This document shows positions 25,931 to 39,770 of a stretch of DNA of 64,000 bases, piece by piece. The DNA lies in the NCBI GenBank assembly GCA_951406725.2, contig OX597840.1, forward strand, positions 9,796,001 through 9,860,000, given 5' to 3'. The notes below the pieces were generated by a model that had not been told where the DNA came from, did no database searches, and saw only the letters and a program-made list of their open reading frames with translations. Position numbers and translations under genes: made by a program. The stretch is from Octopus vulgaris (Eukaryota). Position 1 is the stretch's first letter. The number at the start of each line of letters is the position of its first letter.

Positions 25931-26823
25931 CTTGCCATATGTAGAAACATACACACACTCTCTCATGGTAAATATTTCATATATTCGTATGTAAGTGTAA
26001 AATATACATATACATCACCTGTTTTCTTAATCAAGGCATATTCATATTTTAATTTTTCATTTACTACTAATTATTTATACATATATTTTAATTATATGTC
26101 AGCATCTTAAATTCATACATTTGTGACTTGTATTCTTGACACCATTAGAAGTAGTGAAACTGTTTCAAGGTGTCAAAACCACATAGATATATGACTGGCA
26201 GCTGACGAGGGAAGCACCATGTTTATGCTAAATATATATTTTGTTCTTTCTTGAGTGATTTTACTCATTATTGCTCTCCTATTTGATTTGTTCTACTTAT
26301 GCTTAAACTGGTGCTTATTTTAACCTTTATTGTTTTCTGGTAGGGGGTTGATTAGGGATTAGTTAGGACAAGGTTTATACTAGGGTACTTTGCTTTGTAA
26401 ACACTTATAAACTATAAGAGTCAGGATGTAATAATGTGACAAGTATGAAGAATATATGTGTATATATGTGTGTGTGTATATACACACATACATATATATA
26501 TATATGTATGTATATACACACATACAGACATATATCATCATCATCATCATTTAGCGTCCGCTTTCCATGCAAGCATGGGTTATAAATATATACACATATA
26601 CATATATACACACATACATATATACACATATATATATATGCATATTCATATATATACACACATACATATATACACTATATATATATATATACATATATAT
26701 ACGCATATACATATATGCATATTCATATATATACACACATACATATATACACTATATATATATATATATACATATATATACGCATATACATATATACACA
26801 CATACATATATACACTATATATA

Positions 26824-26867
<44 letters not shown>

Positions 26868-26957
26868 AAACAACACAAACGTTAACTGATATAGAACTCA
26901 ACACACAGAGTAGAGTAGAGTAGAGTTAGCAACAATAAAAAAAAAGAAAAATCTTAT

Positions 26958-27084
26958 ACACAAATGACAGTAGATAAATAGCAACAAACATGGATTTTAC
27001 GCAGACAGCTGTGTGTAGATAGCAGTGTATATATATATATATATATATAACCTCCACACAAATGACAGCTGTGTGTAGATAGCA

Positions 27085-27140
<56 letters not shown>

Positions 27141-27280
27141 CATCCACACAAATGACAGCAGTGTGTAGATAGCAGTGTAAATATATATATATATATATAA
27201 CCTCCACAAAATAAATAAAATCAAAAACAAACACACAAACATAAATAAATATAAACCTTTACACATTGTTGTAGATAGCA

Positions 27281-27318
<38 letters not shown>

Positions 27319-27448
27319 CCTGCACACAAATGACAGTAGATAAATAGCAACAAACATGGATTTTACGCAGACAGCTGTGTGTAGATAGCAGTGTATATAT
27401 ATATATATATATAACCTCTACACAAATGACAGCTGTGTGTAGATAGCA

Positions 27449-27488
<40 letters not shown>

Positions 27489-27636
27489 CCTCCACACAAA
27501 TGACAGCTGTGTGTAGATAGCAGTGTATATATATATATATATATATATAACCTCCATACAAATGACAGCTGTGTGTAGATAGCAGTGTATATATATATAT
27601 AACCTCCACACAAATGACAGCAGTGTGTAGATAGCA

Positions 27637-27680
<44 letters not shown>

Positions 27681-27714
27681 CCTCCACACAAATGACAGCT
27701 GTGTGTAGATAGCA

Positions 27715-27752
<38 letters not shown>

Positions 27753-27800
27753 CCTCCACACAAATGACAGCAGTGTGTAGATAGAAATAAACGTAAATTA
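26958..27800. repeat. Compound minisatellite: ~39-bp constant unit alternating with variable (TA)n
   Basis: aacctccacacaaatgacagctgtgtgtagatagcagtg(ta)n, about 11 full or partial copies. Confidence 0.9.
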
Positions 27801-28571
27801 TAAACACATCGGAGTGTGTAGATAGCAACAAAATACTGATTATGCACAAACAACAATGTGTAGATAGCAACATGTACGACTTACAGACAGACGATAGTGT
27901 TTAAATAGCAACATGTACAGGTTATACATGTGACGGTACAGAGATAGCAACGTATACGGATAGAAAAGGCAATAGGCAATCCCATATTGAGCAAAATGTC
28001 TTGGCGATCAGTCTGTTTTGCAAGGTTCTCTTCAGAGGTGAATATCAAAGCAATAGTGAGAGGGTGGGTGGCGGTGGTGGGGGGGGTGAGGGTTTCAACA
28101 TCACCACCAGGACCACCACCACTGATATATAAGCTGGAACCCTCGCTCCGGGGTTTTTTTTTTTTTTTTGTTAACTAGTGTCTGTTCTTGGTTTCGGGGT
28201 TTGTCTCCCGTCTGAGGAAAATCCGAGCGGCATGGCTTCGTCATCCACTTTCTCCTGCCCTCCCCTCCCCACACACCCCTGGTCTTAGAGGTTAGGCAAA
28301 AGGTCATAGGTACTGACCCTTTCTCCACCAGGAAACCATTGGAAACAAAAAAAAAAAACAAAAAAAAAACAAAATACAAAAAAATAAATTAGGAGAGAAA
28401 ACAGATAGATAGAGAAATTTATATATACATACATATACATACACACACATATATATATATAAGTACATATGTATGTACGTCAGTATGTCTGTATATATGT
28501 GTGTATATATATATATATACACACACACACATATATATAATTATATATATATAAATATAAATATGTGTGTG

Positions 28572-28620
<49 letters not shown>

Positions 28621-29005
28621 GATCCTTATACAGTACTTATGACACAAAATTCGCTACTTAAGTTTCATAGTCAAGCCGTAGTTTACACTCTGGTGAAGGA
28701 CAATGCCACATGTTATCCAAACATCGGACAAAACCGATATATGTTTAACATGCAGCAGGAGTATGCATTTTTTTTTTTTTTTTTTACCCAATGGATGTAT
28801 GACATGTAGCGTTATCGTCCACCAGAATTGAAACCCTGGCCTGGTCACGAAACTTAAGTTACATATTGTATGTCTTATGTGCTGTATAAAGACCATATCT
28901 AATACTATGATCGGTATTGAGTTCTCTTTATATGTTGAATTGTTGAATGTTCACCCAGTCATACTAGTATATATATATATATATAGATGTGGATATATAT
29001 ATATA

Positions 29006-29070
<65 letters not shown>

Positions 29071-29136
29071 TTATATATGTATGTATATATGCGCATATGA
29101 GAGGAGAGAGAGAATAGGAGGGGATTGCCCGAAATC

Positions 29137-29411
29137 TTAAATCATCTTCTTAATCTGCTTGGTTTGATCCTTCACCCTGGTCGTTGCCGTCTTCACGCTG
29201 TCTGTGAGTTCGTCGAGTTTCTCATTCTGTTTAGTCTCCTCGTGGTTGATGTTCAGCGCCATCGACTTGATTTTGGTCAGGATGCTGCTCACTTCCTCCG
29301 CCTCTGAGTCGGACACCAGCTGCCGGGAAGCGTTCTTCTGTTCCTGCATCGGGTCCTTGTACTCTGTAGGCGACCGTTCCTGGATGGAGGTGTTCTGCGT
29401 TGAAATGGAAC
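29137..29411 (-). CDS. SNAP47: SNAP47 terminal coding exon with C-terminal Qc SNARE motif
   Basis: Acceptor ttacttag|GT is phase 1, compatible with the upstream exon. Encodes [55 protein letters not shown]. The joined CDS is 1248 nt (415 aa), the expected size for SNAP47. Confidence 0.9.
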
Positions 29412-30098
29412 CTAAGTAAAAAGAAAGGCAAATATAACAAAGACAAAAAAAAACAAAAAACAACACCATAAAAAGAAAAATAGCGTTCAATTCATCATCA
29501 TCATCATCATCATTGTTTTCACATTCACTTTTCCATGCTTGCATGGGTCAGACAGAATCTTGTTGAGGTCTATTTTCTACAGCAGGATACCCTTCCTGTT
29601 GCTAACCCTCACCTATATCCAAATATGGTGGAGGCTCAATGGCCCAGTGGTTAGGGCAGCGGACTCGCGGTCATAGGATCGTGGTTTCGATTCCCAGACC
29701 GGGCGTTGTGAGTGTTTATTGAGTGAAAACACCTAAAGTTCCACAAGGCTCCGGCAGGGGATGGTGGGATGGTGGTGATCCCTGCTGTACTCTTTCACCA
29801 CAACTTTCTCTCACTCTTACTTCCTGTTTCTGTTGATCCTGTATTTCAAAGGGCCGGTCTTGTCACTCTCTGTGTCACGCTGAATATCCCCGAGAACTAC
29901 GTTAAGGGTACACGTGTCTGTGGAGTGCTCAGCCACTTACACGTTAATTTCACGAGCAGGCTGTTCCGTTGATTCGGATCAACCGGAACCCTCGTCGTCG
30001 TAACCGACGGAGTGCTTCCATCCGTATCCAAATAAGGTAATATTTTCCAATACTTACCAAATTTAGGTAAAGATAAAGTTACCTGTTCGGGTCATGTC

Positions 30099-30215
30099 AA
30101 CTTATAAAGGGCTCACCTGGATGAGACGATGGTTCATTATAGGGTTATTTGTTTTATCCAGTTGAGTGACCCTATAATGAACCATCGTCTCATTCAGGTG
30201 GGGCCCTTATGAGTT
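30099..30215. repeat. Fold-back palindrome in the SNAP47 intron
   Basis: aacttataaagggctcacctggatgagacgatggttcattatagggtta pairs with tgaccctataatgaaccatcgtctcattcaggtggggcccttatgagtt. Confidence 0.85.
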
Positions 30216-30474
30216 GAGTGGACTGGAACAATGAAGTGAAATTAAGTGTTTCGCTCAAGAACACAACATGCCACCCGGTACAGGAATTGAAACCACATTC
30301 TTACAATCATGAACGAGTCCAACACCCTAACCACTAAGCCACGTGCCTCCACATTACCCCTGTTTGAAATGAAGGACTCTGTTGGCATGAAGGTGTCACT
30401 TGTTTACAACAATCAAGGCGACAGTAATACACACACACAGACACACACACACTCTGATATTGCGGCACTTTTTA

Positions 30475-31236
30475 TGTGTCTAAAGCTTGCACTGGGTACA
30501 TCTTATGGAATTTCTGCCTATGCCTTTCCTACAGATCAAGCAGGGCCATCTACCTGAAGGTATTTGTCTACATTCCTACTTACTAAGACTCTGGTTTTTG
30601 CTAGATTAACTCTAAGGCCTTTTGGTTCTAGACCTTGCTTCCACCACTGAAATTTCTTCTGTAATTCTGGTAATGATTCAGCTGTAAGAACAAGGTCATC
30701 AGCATAAAGGAGCTCCCAGGGGCAGTCCATCTTAAATTCCTCTGTTATTGCCCGGAGAACTATGATGAACCAGAGAAGGCCGAGGACTGATCATTGGTGA
30801 GCCCATACTTATACCCTGAATTCATCTCTATACTTGTTGCCAACCCTCACCTTACTGATAGCGTCCCTGTTCATCTATCCCTAGTTTTCGCACTGACCAC
30901 AAGATAAGGGATTGAAGGACCCTGTCAAAGGGTTTCTCCATGTCAACATAAGTCAAGTACAGAGGTTTGTCTTTGGCTAGGTACTTCTGCAGCTGCCTCA
31001 CCAGAAATATAGCACCAGTGGTGCTTCTCCTTGGCACAAAACCAAAGTGCATCTCATCTAGACTAACCCGGTCCCTAATTAGTTGGGCTATGACCCTCTC
31101 TGTAACTTTCATCACCTGATCCAACAATTTGGTGCCTTTGTAATTATTTTTATCTAAGGCATCACCTTTACCTTTGTAGTAATTGACTATGGTGCTGTTA
31201 CACCAGTCATGGGTACGATTCCATCGTGTACAACCC
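30475..31236 (-). mobile_element. RTE-clade LINE reverse-transcriptase remnant in the SNAP47 intron
   Basis: KVTERVIAQLIRDRVSLDEMHFGFVPRRSTT, YVDMEKPFDRV and ELLYADDLVL motifs; frameshifted. Confidence 0.85.
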
Positions 31237-31405
31237 GGTTAACTAGGCACAAGGCCTGAAATTTTGGCAGGAGAGGAATTCAAACTCAGAAAGTGAAATG
31301 AATAACAATAAAAGAAAACCAAAAACAAAGATGGTGGTGTGCTCCAGTATGACCAGAGGTGACAGGCAGGAATAAGTAGAAGAATATATAAAAAATAAAG
31401 CTTAC

Positions 31406-32378
31406 TTTTAATTGGAAGATCAGAGCATAAACTCTCTGTTTGGCTTGACTCCATGAACTCAAATCTGTCCTTAAGGCGGGTAGCCAGTCTTTTGACAAAT
31501 TTATGAATGTGAGCAGAAATAATGGTGTAATTCACATCAGGTTTTCCAAGACAGAAATGGCTAATATGAAGTTCCCAGGGAGTGACAGCATAAACTCGGG
31601 AAATTTCTGACCAAGAATAATTTTCAACAACAGCTTGCAGTGGTGTGGTGAGGGTGAAAGCCTCGCGACTGATTCTAAGAATTCCATCACACAGAGAGTG
31701 CAAGGGGCACCTGTCTTCGTCCATCTTGTAATAAAGCACTTCATATTCATGGACATCTGGAATGTCTTTGTTGGTGATGACCACCGGGTCGACCACGTCG
31801 TTGGTTTTCTGCGTTGTGGTCAGCTGGCCGAACCAAGACTGTAACCCTTTAATTAAATTCTCTGACACATCAAGGTCTTCTTCGATGTCGTACATGACTG
31901 CGATGCAATTATCAATTTGTTCGCCTTGCGATTCCAGTTTCTCGGCTGCCTGTGCCAAAGTCCTTTCAGAATCGTGAGCAACCTTCAAAAGTTCCGTGCC
32001 GAGTTCTGTGCTCTCTTTGAGCGCTGGCTGGTCCTTGGCGTCTTTGCTAAACAGGCCAAATCTTAAGAAATGGTTCAAGGTTAAACAAACGGCACTGCGG
32101 TCTGTAAACGACGAAAACCAATGTATGTCTTGGCTGTTGTTTAATGTAATCACCAAAGAACTGAAGATAACGGTCGATCTCATTTTCTTTATGGTTTCCA
32201 CTTTGCCAAAAGGAATAACTAATGTCAGGGGGGTATAAGCTTCTTCTTCTTTGTTGTCATTTTCTTTAAAGACAATCTGGGTCGGGTCAGCAACAAGTTT
32301 GCCATAGAGCCATTGGGACGTCTTGTTGCAGTAATACGAGGCGTACCACTCTCGGATATAAAACCCTGTCGCAGACAT
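31406..32378 (-). CDS. SNAP47: SNAP47 (synaptosomal-associated protein 47), coding exon 1: PH-like N-terminus, first SNARE helix, middle domain
   Basis: Acceptor ttgcag| opens the exon at 32398 and the ATG is at 32378. Contains a SNARE-like helix (GTELLKVAHDSERTLAQAAEKLESQGEQIDNC...SWFG). Donor AAA A|GTAAGC at 31406 (phase 1). Confidence 0.88.
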
Positions 32379-32481
32379 CTCGGTAACGGTAAAAATACCT
32401 GCAATAACAAAAAAAGAAAAAAAAAAAATTAAATTAAATTAAATTAAAAAAATTAAAAAATATATAAGAACAACATTGCAA

Positions 32482-32884
32482 CTCTTTACTCTTTTACTCG
32501 TTTCAGTCATTTGACTGCGGCCATGCTGGAGCACCGCCTTTAATCGAGCAACTCGACCCCAGGACTTATTCTTTTGTAAGCCCAGTACTTATTCTATCGG
32601 TCTCTTTTGCCGAACTGCTAAGTAACGGGGACATAAACACACCAGCATCGGTTGTCAAGCGATGTTGGTAGGGGGACAAACACAGACACACAAACACGCA
32701 TATATATATATATACATATATATGACAGGCTTCTTTCAGTTTCCGTCTACCAAATCCACTCACAAGGCTTTTGTCGGCCCGAGGCTATAGTAGAAGACAC
32801 TTGCCCAAGGTGCCACGCAGTGGGACTGAACCCAGAATTATGTGGTTCATAAGCAAGCTACTTACCACACAGCCACTCCTGCGC
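32482..32884 (-). mobile_element. SINE family A
   Basis: Full-length match; lies ~80 nt from the SNAP47 acceptor. Confidence 0.85.
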
Positions 32885-33226
32885 AAGGTTAACATTATTT
32901 AACAAACCCCACCCCAATTCTTTCCATGCTGCCCCATGAGTTGGATGGTTTGAGAGGAACTGATAAGCCAGGGGATGACACCAAGCTCCAATGCTTTGAC
33001 AGGGATAATCTCTATGGTTGGATGCCTCCCCACCCCTAATGCCGACCATTTTGCAGAGTCTACTGAGTGGTTTTGTTTTTTCATGGCACCGGCACTACCG
33101 AGGGTAACAAGTACCTGCAAGACAAGATTCCTCAATTGAGTTGGGTATAAAATAGAGGGGTTTTATATGGAAGTATGATAAAGGGACAAAAGGAAGTAGC
33201 TTGCTGAAGAGAGGGGAATACATTGT

Positions 33227-34290
33227 TGAGAGGGAGAGAGGGGGGAGAGAGAGATGGAGAGAGAGAGATGGAGAGAGGGAGATGGAGAAAGAGTGAGATG
33301 GAGAGAGAGAGAGAGATGGTGAGAGAGAGATGGAGAGAGGGGGAGAGAGAGAGATGGAGAGAGAGAGATGGAGAGAGAGAGATGGAGAGAGAGATGGAGA
33401 GAGAGAGATGGAGAGAGAGATGGAGAGAGAGAGATGGAGAGAGAGATGGAGAAAGATGGAGAGAGAGAGAGGGAGATGGAGAGAGAGATGGTGAGAGAGA
33501 GAGAGATGGAGAGAGAGAGAGAGAGAGATGGAGAGAGAGAGATGGAGAGAGAGATGGAGAAAGATGGAGAGAGAAAGATGGAGAGAGAGAGATGGAGAGA
33601 GAGATGGGGAGAGAGATGGGGAGAGAGATGGGGAGAGAGAGAGAGATGGAGAGAGAGATGGGGAGAGAGATGGGGAGAGAGATGGGGAGAGAGATAGAGA
33701 TGGAGAGAGAGATGGGGAGAGAGATAGAGATGGAGAGAGAGATGGGGAGAGAGATGGGGAGAGAGAGATGGGGAGAGAGATAGAGATGGAGAGAGAGATG
33801 GGGAGAGAGATAGAGATGGAGAGAGAGATGGGGAGAGAGAGATGGGGAGAGAGATAGAGATGGAGAGAGAGATGGGGAGAGAGAGATGGGGAGAGAGATA
33901 GAGATGGAGAGAGAGATGGAGAGAGAGATGGGGAGAGAGATAGAGATGGAGAGAGATATGGAGAGAGAGATGGGGAGAGAGATGGGGAGAGAGATGGGGA
34001 GAGAGATGGGGAGAGAGATGGGGAGAGAGAGATGGGGAGAGAGATAGAGATGGAGAGAGAGATGGGGAGAGAGATGGGGAGAGAGATGGGGAGAGAGAGA
34101 TGGGGAGAGAGATAGAGATGGGGAGAGAGATAGAGATGGAGAGAGAGATGGGGAGAGAGATAGAGATGGAGAGAGAGAGATGGTGAGAGAGAGATGGAGA
34201 GGGAGAGAGAGAGATGGAGAGAGAGAGAGATGGAGAGAGAGAGATGGAGAGAGAGAGAGTGAGTGAGAAAGAAAGAAAGAGAGGGAGATG
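33227..34290. repeat. ~1.06-kb polypurine (GA)n/GAGATG(G) satellite
   Basis: Almost entirely G and A with periodic T. Confidence 0.95.
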
Positions 34291-35529
34291 GTGAAGGCAC
34301 ATCCTCGGAAGGTCCCTCTTTAGTTTGTTGTTGTTATTGCTGTTAAGGGTCAGATCAGCAGCTCTGATGGGACAGGCTCAAAGCAAAAAGACATTCCAGC
34401 TATCTTTTGTACATCCATAATAAATGGCCCTTCTCTTTTTAAGAGAGTAAGATGGGATTCACCAAATCTTCCTCAAATTACAACTTACCATCACAAAATA
34501 AGAGGATGACAGATAATGTAATCCTAGACGACCTTAAATAAGGTGAGATAGGCATGGGTGGAAAGCCTTTAATAACACTTTCTTTAGTTAATTATAATGT
34601 TTCATGATGATAATATTAATACAAATTCTAACAACAACCCCAGGCAGTGGCTCTCATGGCTTCTGATCTTAAGTGATTGGAAGTGTTATCATTTACTTGT
34701 TTTGTCTTGGTATAAAAGATGGGCTACAGCAAATATTCTGCTCAATACCACAGATTTGCTTTAATGCCCTGATGCAGTACCAGGCAGTGGCTCTCATGGC
34801 TTCTGATCTTAACTGATTGGAAGTGTTATCATGTACATTGTTTTGTCTTGGTATAAAAGATGGGCTACAGCAAATATTCTGCTCAATATCACAGATTTGC
34901 TTGTCAGTTGTTTGACCTTAACCAGTTGAGCATGTCCCTTAGTGACTGATGATATGTGCATCTCTGATCACGAGCAGAAGTAGTGGGGGAGCATCATAGC
35001 CATGTGTTGAGAGGGATCCTCTGGGATTTGAATAATTCACCTCTGGAAACATGGGTGTTTCATTCAACATCCTTAAACAAACCTTATTCAGGGACCTTTT
35101 GAGCGGGATGGGTTATTCGACCAGAAGAAAATTCTAACTGGTCCCCACCTGCAAGGTCATGCCCTTCCTAAGACCAACCACTCTGAGAGTGTAATGTGTG
35201 CTTTTACGTGTCACCAGCATGGGAGCCATTTGCATGACATAATTCCCTGCCACAATAGCGATTTTGCACGACATAATGCCAAAGGTCTCGGTCATTGCAT
35301 CTGTGAGGTCCAACACTCAAAAGGAATTCAGTCACTTTGCCACCCTGAGGCCCAACACTCGAAAGAACTCAACCACTTTGCTTCTGTGAGGCCCGACACT
35401 TGAAAGGAAGTCAGCTGCTTTGTTTTCATGAGGCCCAATGTCTCAAAAGATCGTCTTTACTTGCTACAGGCACAGGTACCAGTTAAGTAACACTGGCATC
35501 AGCCATGACTATGATTTCACTTGGCTTGA

Positions 35530-36480
35530 CGAGTCTTCATATTGCCAAAGGTCTTGGTCACTAGTCATCGTCTCTATAAAACTCAAACTCCAAAGATCAT
35601 GCTTCACCACCTCGTCCCATGTCTTCCAGGGTCTACCTCTACCACAGGTTCCCTCCACAGTTAGAGACTGGCACTTCTTTACACAGCTGTCCTCGTCCAT
35701 ATGCATCACATGACCATACCAGCACAGTCATCTCTTTTGCACACCACATCTAATGCCTAACATTTCTCTTAAGATGCTTACACTTTTTCAAACATGCACA
35801 CTGACATTGCATATCTAGCGAAGCATACTGGCTTCATTCCTTTCTAGCCTACGCATATCCTCAGCATTCACCGTCCATGCTTCACTGCCATGTAGCATGG
35901 CTGTTCACACACAGGCATCAAACAATCTGCCTTTCACTCTCAGAGAGAGAGGCCCTTTGTTGCCAGCAGAGGTAGGAGCTCTCTGAATTTTGCCCAGCCT
36001 AATCTTATTCACACAGCTATGCTCTCAGAGCATTCACCTCCAATACTAACTTGGTCACCTACATAACGAAAGCTATCTACAACTACCTCTAGCTTGCCCA
36101 CCTGGCAGTTGATGGAGTCTATTTTCTGCACATTTTCAGCATTTATTGTACCTGTGCATCTTCCACATACAAAAGCTAGTTTCCCTGTTAACCTTCCTCT
36201 GATATTGCTGCACCTTTTATGTGTCCAAAGCTTACATTGGGTGCATCTTATGGAGTTTCTACCTACATCTTTTCTATGGATTGAGCAGGGCCATCTATCT
36301 GAAGGGATTTGTGATTTGTCTGCCTTCCTACTTATTAAGATTTTGGTTTTTACTAGGTTAACTCTAAGACCCTTCGATTCTAGACCATGCTTCCATAGCT
36401 GGAACTTCTTCCCTAGTTCTATTAGTGATCCAGCTATAAGAGCAAGGTCATCAGCATTGAGGAGCTCCCAGGGGCAGCCT
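35530..36480 (-). mobile_element. RTE-clade LINE 3' remnant
   Basis: Similar to the 30.5-31.2 kb fragment (ELL.ADDL region at ~36440-36480) and ends in VEGTCGRGRPWKTWDEVVKHDL. Confidence 0.8.
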
Positions 36481-36841
36481 GTACATTATATATATGTTAT
36501 ATATATAAGTAATTATTTAGACCTTGGGTATATATGGTTTGTAGTATGTCAATCAAAGCACTTTCACTATTTAGGCTACCTGATATCATCCATAATTTTG
36601 ATATAAGTGTCGCTGGATCAACCTCAGGAATTCAGCAGTGTTCGTTGAGTTTAAAATGAATGAAGGAAATGGAAAATGGATGTTACAACCTGCATCTGTC
36701 CCTTGAGGGTGGGATACTGTACAACTGGTTGTGTTGTATCTTTCAGTACAGAATGCATGTCATCGAGTGTCTTGTTTTAAGTAAAATACTATGCTAAATA
36801 TTATTTGGTTTCACTTGGCATGTTGTTGCCAGTAGGCTGTT

Positions 36842-36895
<54 letters not shown>

Positions 36896-36914
36896 CTGTC
36901 TATCTAACTATCTA

Positions 36915-37007
<93 letters not shown>

Positions 37008-37008
37008 A

Positions 37009-37039
<31 letters not shown>

Positions 37040-37499
37040 CATCATCATCATTGTTTAACATCCACTTTCCATGCTAGCATGGCTTGGATGATTTGACTGA
37101 GGTCCAGTGAACCAGATGGCTGCACCAGACTCCAATGTTGATCTGGCAGAGTTTCTACGGCTGGATGCCCTTCCTAACGCCAACCACTCCAAGAGTGTAG
37201 TGGGTGCTTTTACGTGCCACTAGCACGAGGGCCAGTCAGGCGGTACTGGCAATGGCCACGCTCAAATGGTGCTTTTTATGTGCCACCTGCACAGGAGCCA
37301 GTCCAGCAGTACTGGCAACGACCTCGCTCGAATGTTATTTTACGTGACACCAGCACAAGTGCCAGTAAGGCGACGCAAGTAATATATATATATATATATC
37401 TTAATAGATATCAGGGTAGAAAAAATTTTAGAAATTTTTACTACCAGTGGCCTAGCATGTAGAAAACTAGTCAAGAGACTATATATTATTCATAGAAAA

Positions 37500-37692
37500 A
37501 TACAGTGTACATTTAACACATAAGAGATGGCCATAATAGGACATCTAACATGCTAGAAGAAGTAGTCAAAATCCAAACCACCATTGGGTAACTTCAAAAT
37601 TACTCCTAATAATGGTTTGGATTTTGAGTACTCCTTCTAGCATGTTAGATGTCCTACTATGGCCATCTCTTATGTGTTTAAATGTACACTGT

Positions 37693-37694
<2 letters not shown>
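37500..37694. repeat. Fold-back palindrome (~80-bp arms)
   Basis: atacagtgtacatttaacacataagagatggcc...aaaatccaaacc pairs with ggtttggatttt...ggccatctcttatgtgtttaaatgtacactgtat. Confidence 0.85.
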
Positions 37695-37759
<65 letters not shown>

Positions 37760-38179
37760 GTATTATTACCACTATCATAAACAGTAATAATGAGGTGGCC
37801 AGCAAGACTTCTACCTATACCTGGGTTGCATGCTGCATGGGAAACACCCTGTCTGTCTACTCTTCCAGGACCTTATATATCATCATTATTATTGTTTGAT
37901 ATCCATTTTCCATGCTAGCATGACAAACATGTATGTGTAGTTGTGTGTGTGTATATATGTGTGTGTGTGTGTGTGCGTATGCATTTGTGTATTTTTCCTT
38001 CTTTGGTTCTTCAACTCCAGATAAAGTTGTAAAGGTGTGTATGAGAGAAGAAGAAGAAGAAGAAGAGGAGTGAACTCAAAAAGATGAAGTGCAGCATGTC
38101 TCAGCGTGATTTTGAAACCAGAATGTAGGGAGCTGGAACAAGTATTCTTTTCTACTCTAGGCACAAGGCCCGAAATTAG

Positions 38180-38730
38180 CTTGACCTCAGTACGCAACTG
38201 GGACTTAATTTATCAACCCTGAAAGGATGAAAGGCAAAGGCAATCTTGGCGGAATTTGAACTCAGAACATAAAGACAGATGAAATACCGCTAAGCATTTC
38301 ACCCGGCGTGCTAACGTTTCTTATTTCTTTATTGCCCACAAGGAGATAAACATAGAAAGGACAGACAAAGGGATTAAGTCGATTACATCAACCCCAGTGC
38401 ATAAATGGTTCTTAATTTATCGACCTTGAACGGAAGAAAGGCAAAGTCGACCTCGGCGGAAATTGAACTCAGAACGTAGTAGCAGATGAAATATCTATTT
38501 CTTTTACTTACCCACAAGGGGCTAAACACAGGGAGGACAAACAAGGACAGACACACGGATTAAGTCGATTATATCGACCCCAGTGCGTAACTGGTATTTA
38601 ATTTATCGACCCCGAAAGGCTGAAAAGCAAAGTCGACCTCGGCGGAATTTGAACTCAGAACGCAATGGCAGACGAAATACCGCTAAGCATTTCGCCCGGC
38701 GTGCTACCGTTTCTGCCAGCTTGCCGCCCT
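38180..38730 (-). mobile_element. SINE family B multimer (three units)
   Basis: Repeated ~180-bp body with a head at ~38730. Confidence 0.85.
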
Positions 38731-39047
38731 AGCTGGAACAAATATTACAAAAACTACACTAATGACTTGGCTATGCATGCATGTATGTATGATTGTATGT
38801 ATGTAGTTTGAATAAACTACCAGTAAAACACTTCGAAGTCACTGTCAGCAAAATTATATTCAACTCTACATAAGTATTGAGTTCTTTATTTTGTCAATAT
38901 TTGTTGTTGCTATGTATTCAAAACAAAACATTTATTTTTAACATACACTGCTCCAGCATGGCTACAGCCTTTAGGCTAAAACGCACAAAAGAATAAGAAT
39001 ATATGTACATATAATCTACACACACAAACAGGTATATATATATATAT

Positions 39048-39440
39048 GAGTGGCTGTGTGGTAAGTAGCTTGCTTACCAACCACATGGTTCCGGGTATAG
39101 TCTCACTGCTTGGCACCTTGGGCAAGTGTCTTCTACTATAGCCTTGGGTCAACCAAAGCCTTGTGAGTGAGTGGATTTGGTAGATGGAAACTGAAAGAAG
39201 CCCGTCGTATATGTGTATATGTTTGTGTGTCTGTGTTTGTTCCCCCCACCACCACCACCAACATCGCTTGACAACCGATGGTGGTGTGTTTACGTCCCTG
39301 TAACATATCGGTTCGGCAAAAGTGACCGATAAAAATAAGTACTAGGCTTCCAAGGAATAAGTCCTGGGGCCGATTTGCTCGACTAAAGGCGGTGCTCCAG
39401 CAAGGCCGCAGTCAAATGACTGAAACAAGTAAAAGAGTAT
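39048..39440 (+). mobile_element. SINE family A
   Basis: Full-length match. Confidence 0.85.
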
Positions 39441-39600
39441 ATATATATCTATATACGCGCGTGTGTGTGTGTGTACACATATACGTGTACAGGCGCATAA
39501 AATATATACATACATTATATAATATATATCTGTGCTAACTTCCTGTCTCGATCCATTCGATCTCCGATCACCACCAAATATATTGTTTTTCCCTAAATAC

Positions 39601-39770
39601 CTTCAATCGCCCGTGGCTCGGCGAACAAGAATGTCATAATCACACATTTTAGAAATAAAGGTTCCTAGTTCGAATCAAGGATCAAGTCGGAAACGTAGAG
39701 ATTTCCAGGAATGAAACATCTCATGACGAACAGCTAACATCAAACGGATCGTGACGTAGATGGACAAATA
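39601..39770 (-). promoter_or_regulatory. Candidate non-coding first exon/promoter of SNAP47
   Basis: The SNAP47 ATG exon starts with an acceptor, so an upstream exon is required. This is the nearest non-repeat CpG-rich islet. It has a minus-strand donor GAAG|GTATTT at 39601/39600 and a CRE-like TGACGT at ~39752. Confidence 0.4.

Noticed and set aside
26200-26240. CUGACGAG motif
   Set aside because: No closing helix II or GAAA found downstream.
26958-27800. CRISPR-like repeat-spacer appearance
   Set aside because: Spacers are only (TA)n, the context is eukaryotic and no cas genes are present.
29412-29544. N-terminal part of the 135-aa ORF
   Set aside because: Intronic polypyrimidine tract and RTE tail upstream of the acceptor.
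31239-31405. Hydrophobic C-terminal tail of the 379-aa ORF as a transmembrane anchor
   Set aside because: Read-through past the GTAAGC donor into intron and SINE remnant; the true frame continues at 29411.
33095-34302. 379-401 aa ORFs
   Set aside because: Translation of a GA/GAGATG satellite that lacks stop codons; no splice or domain evidence.
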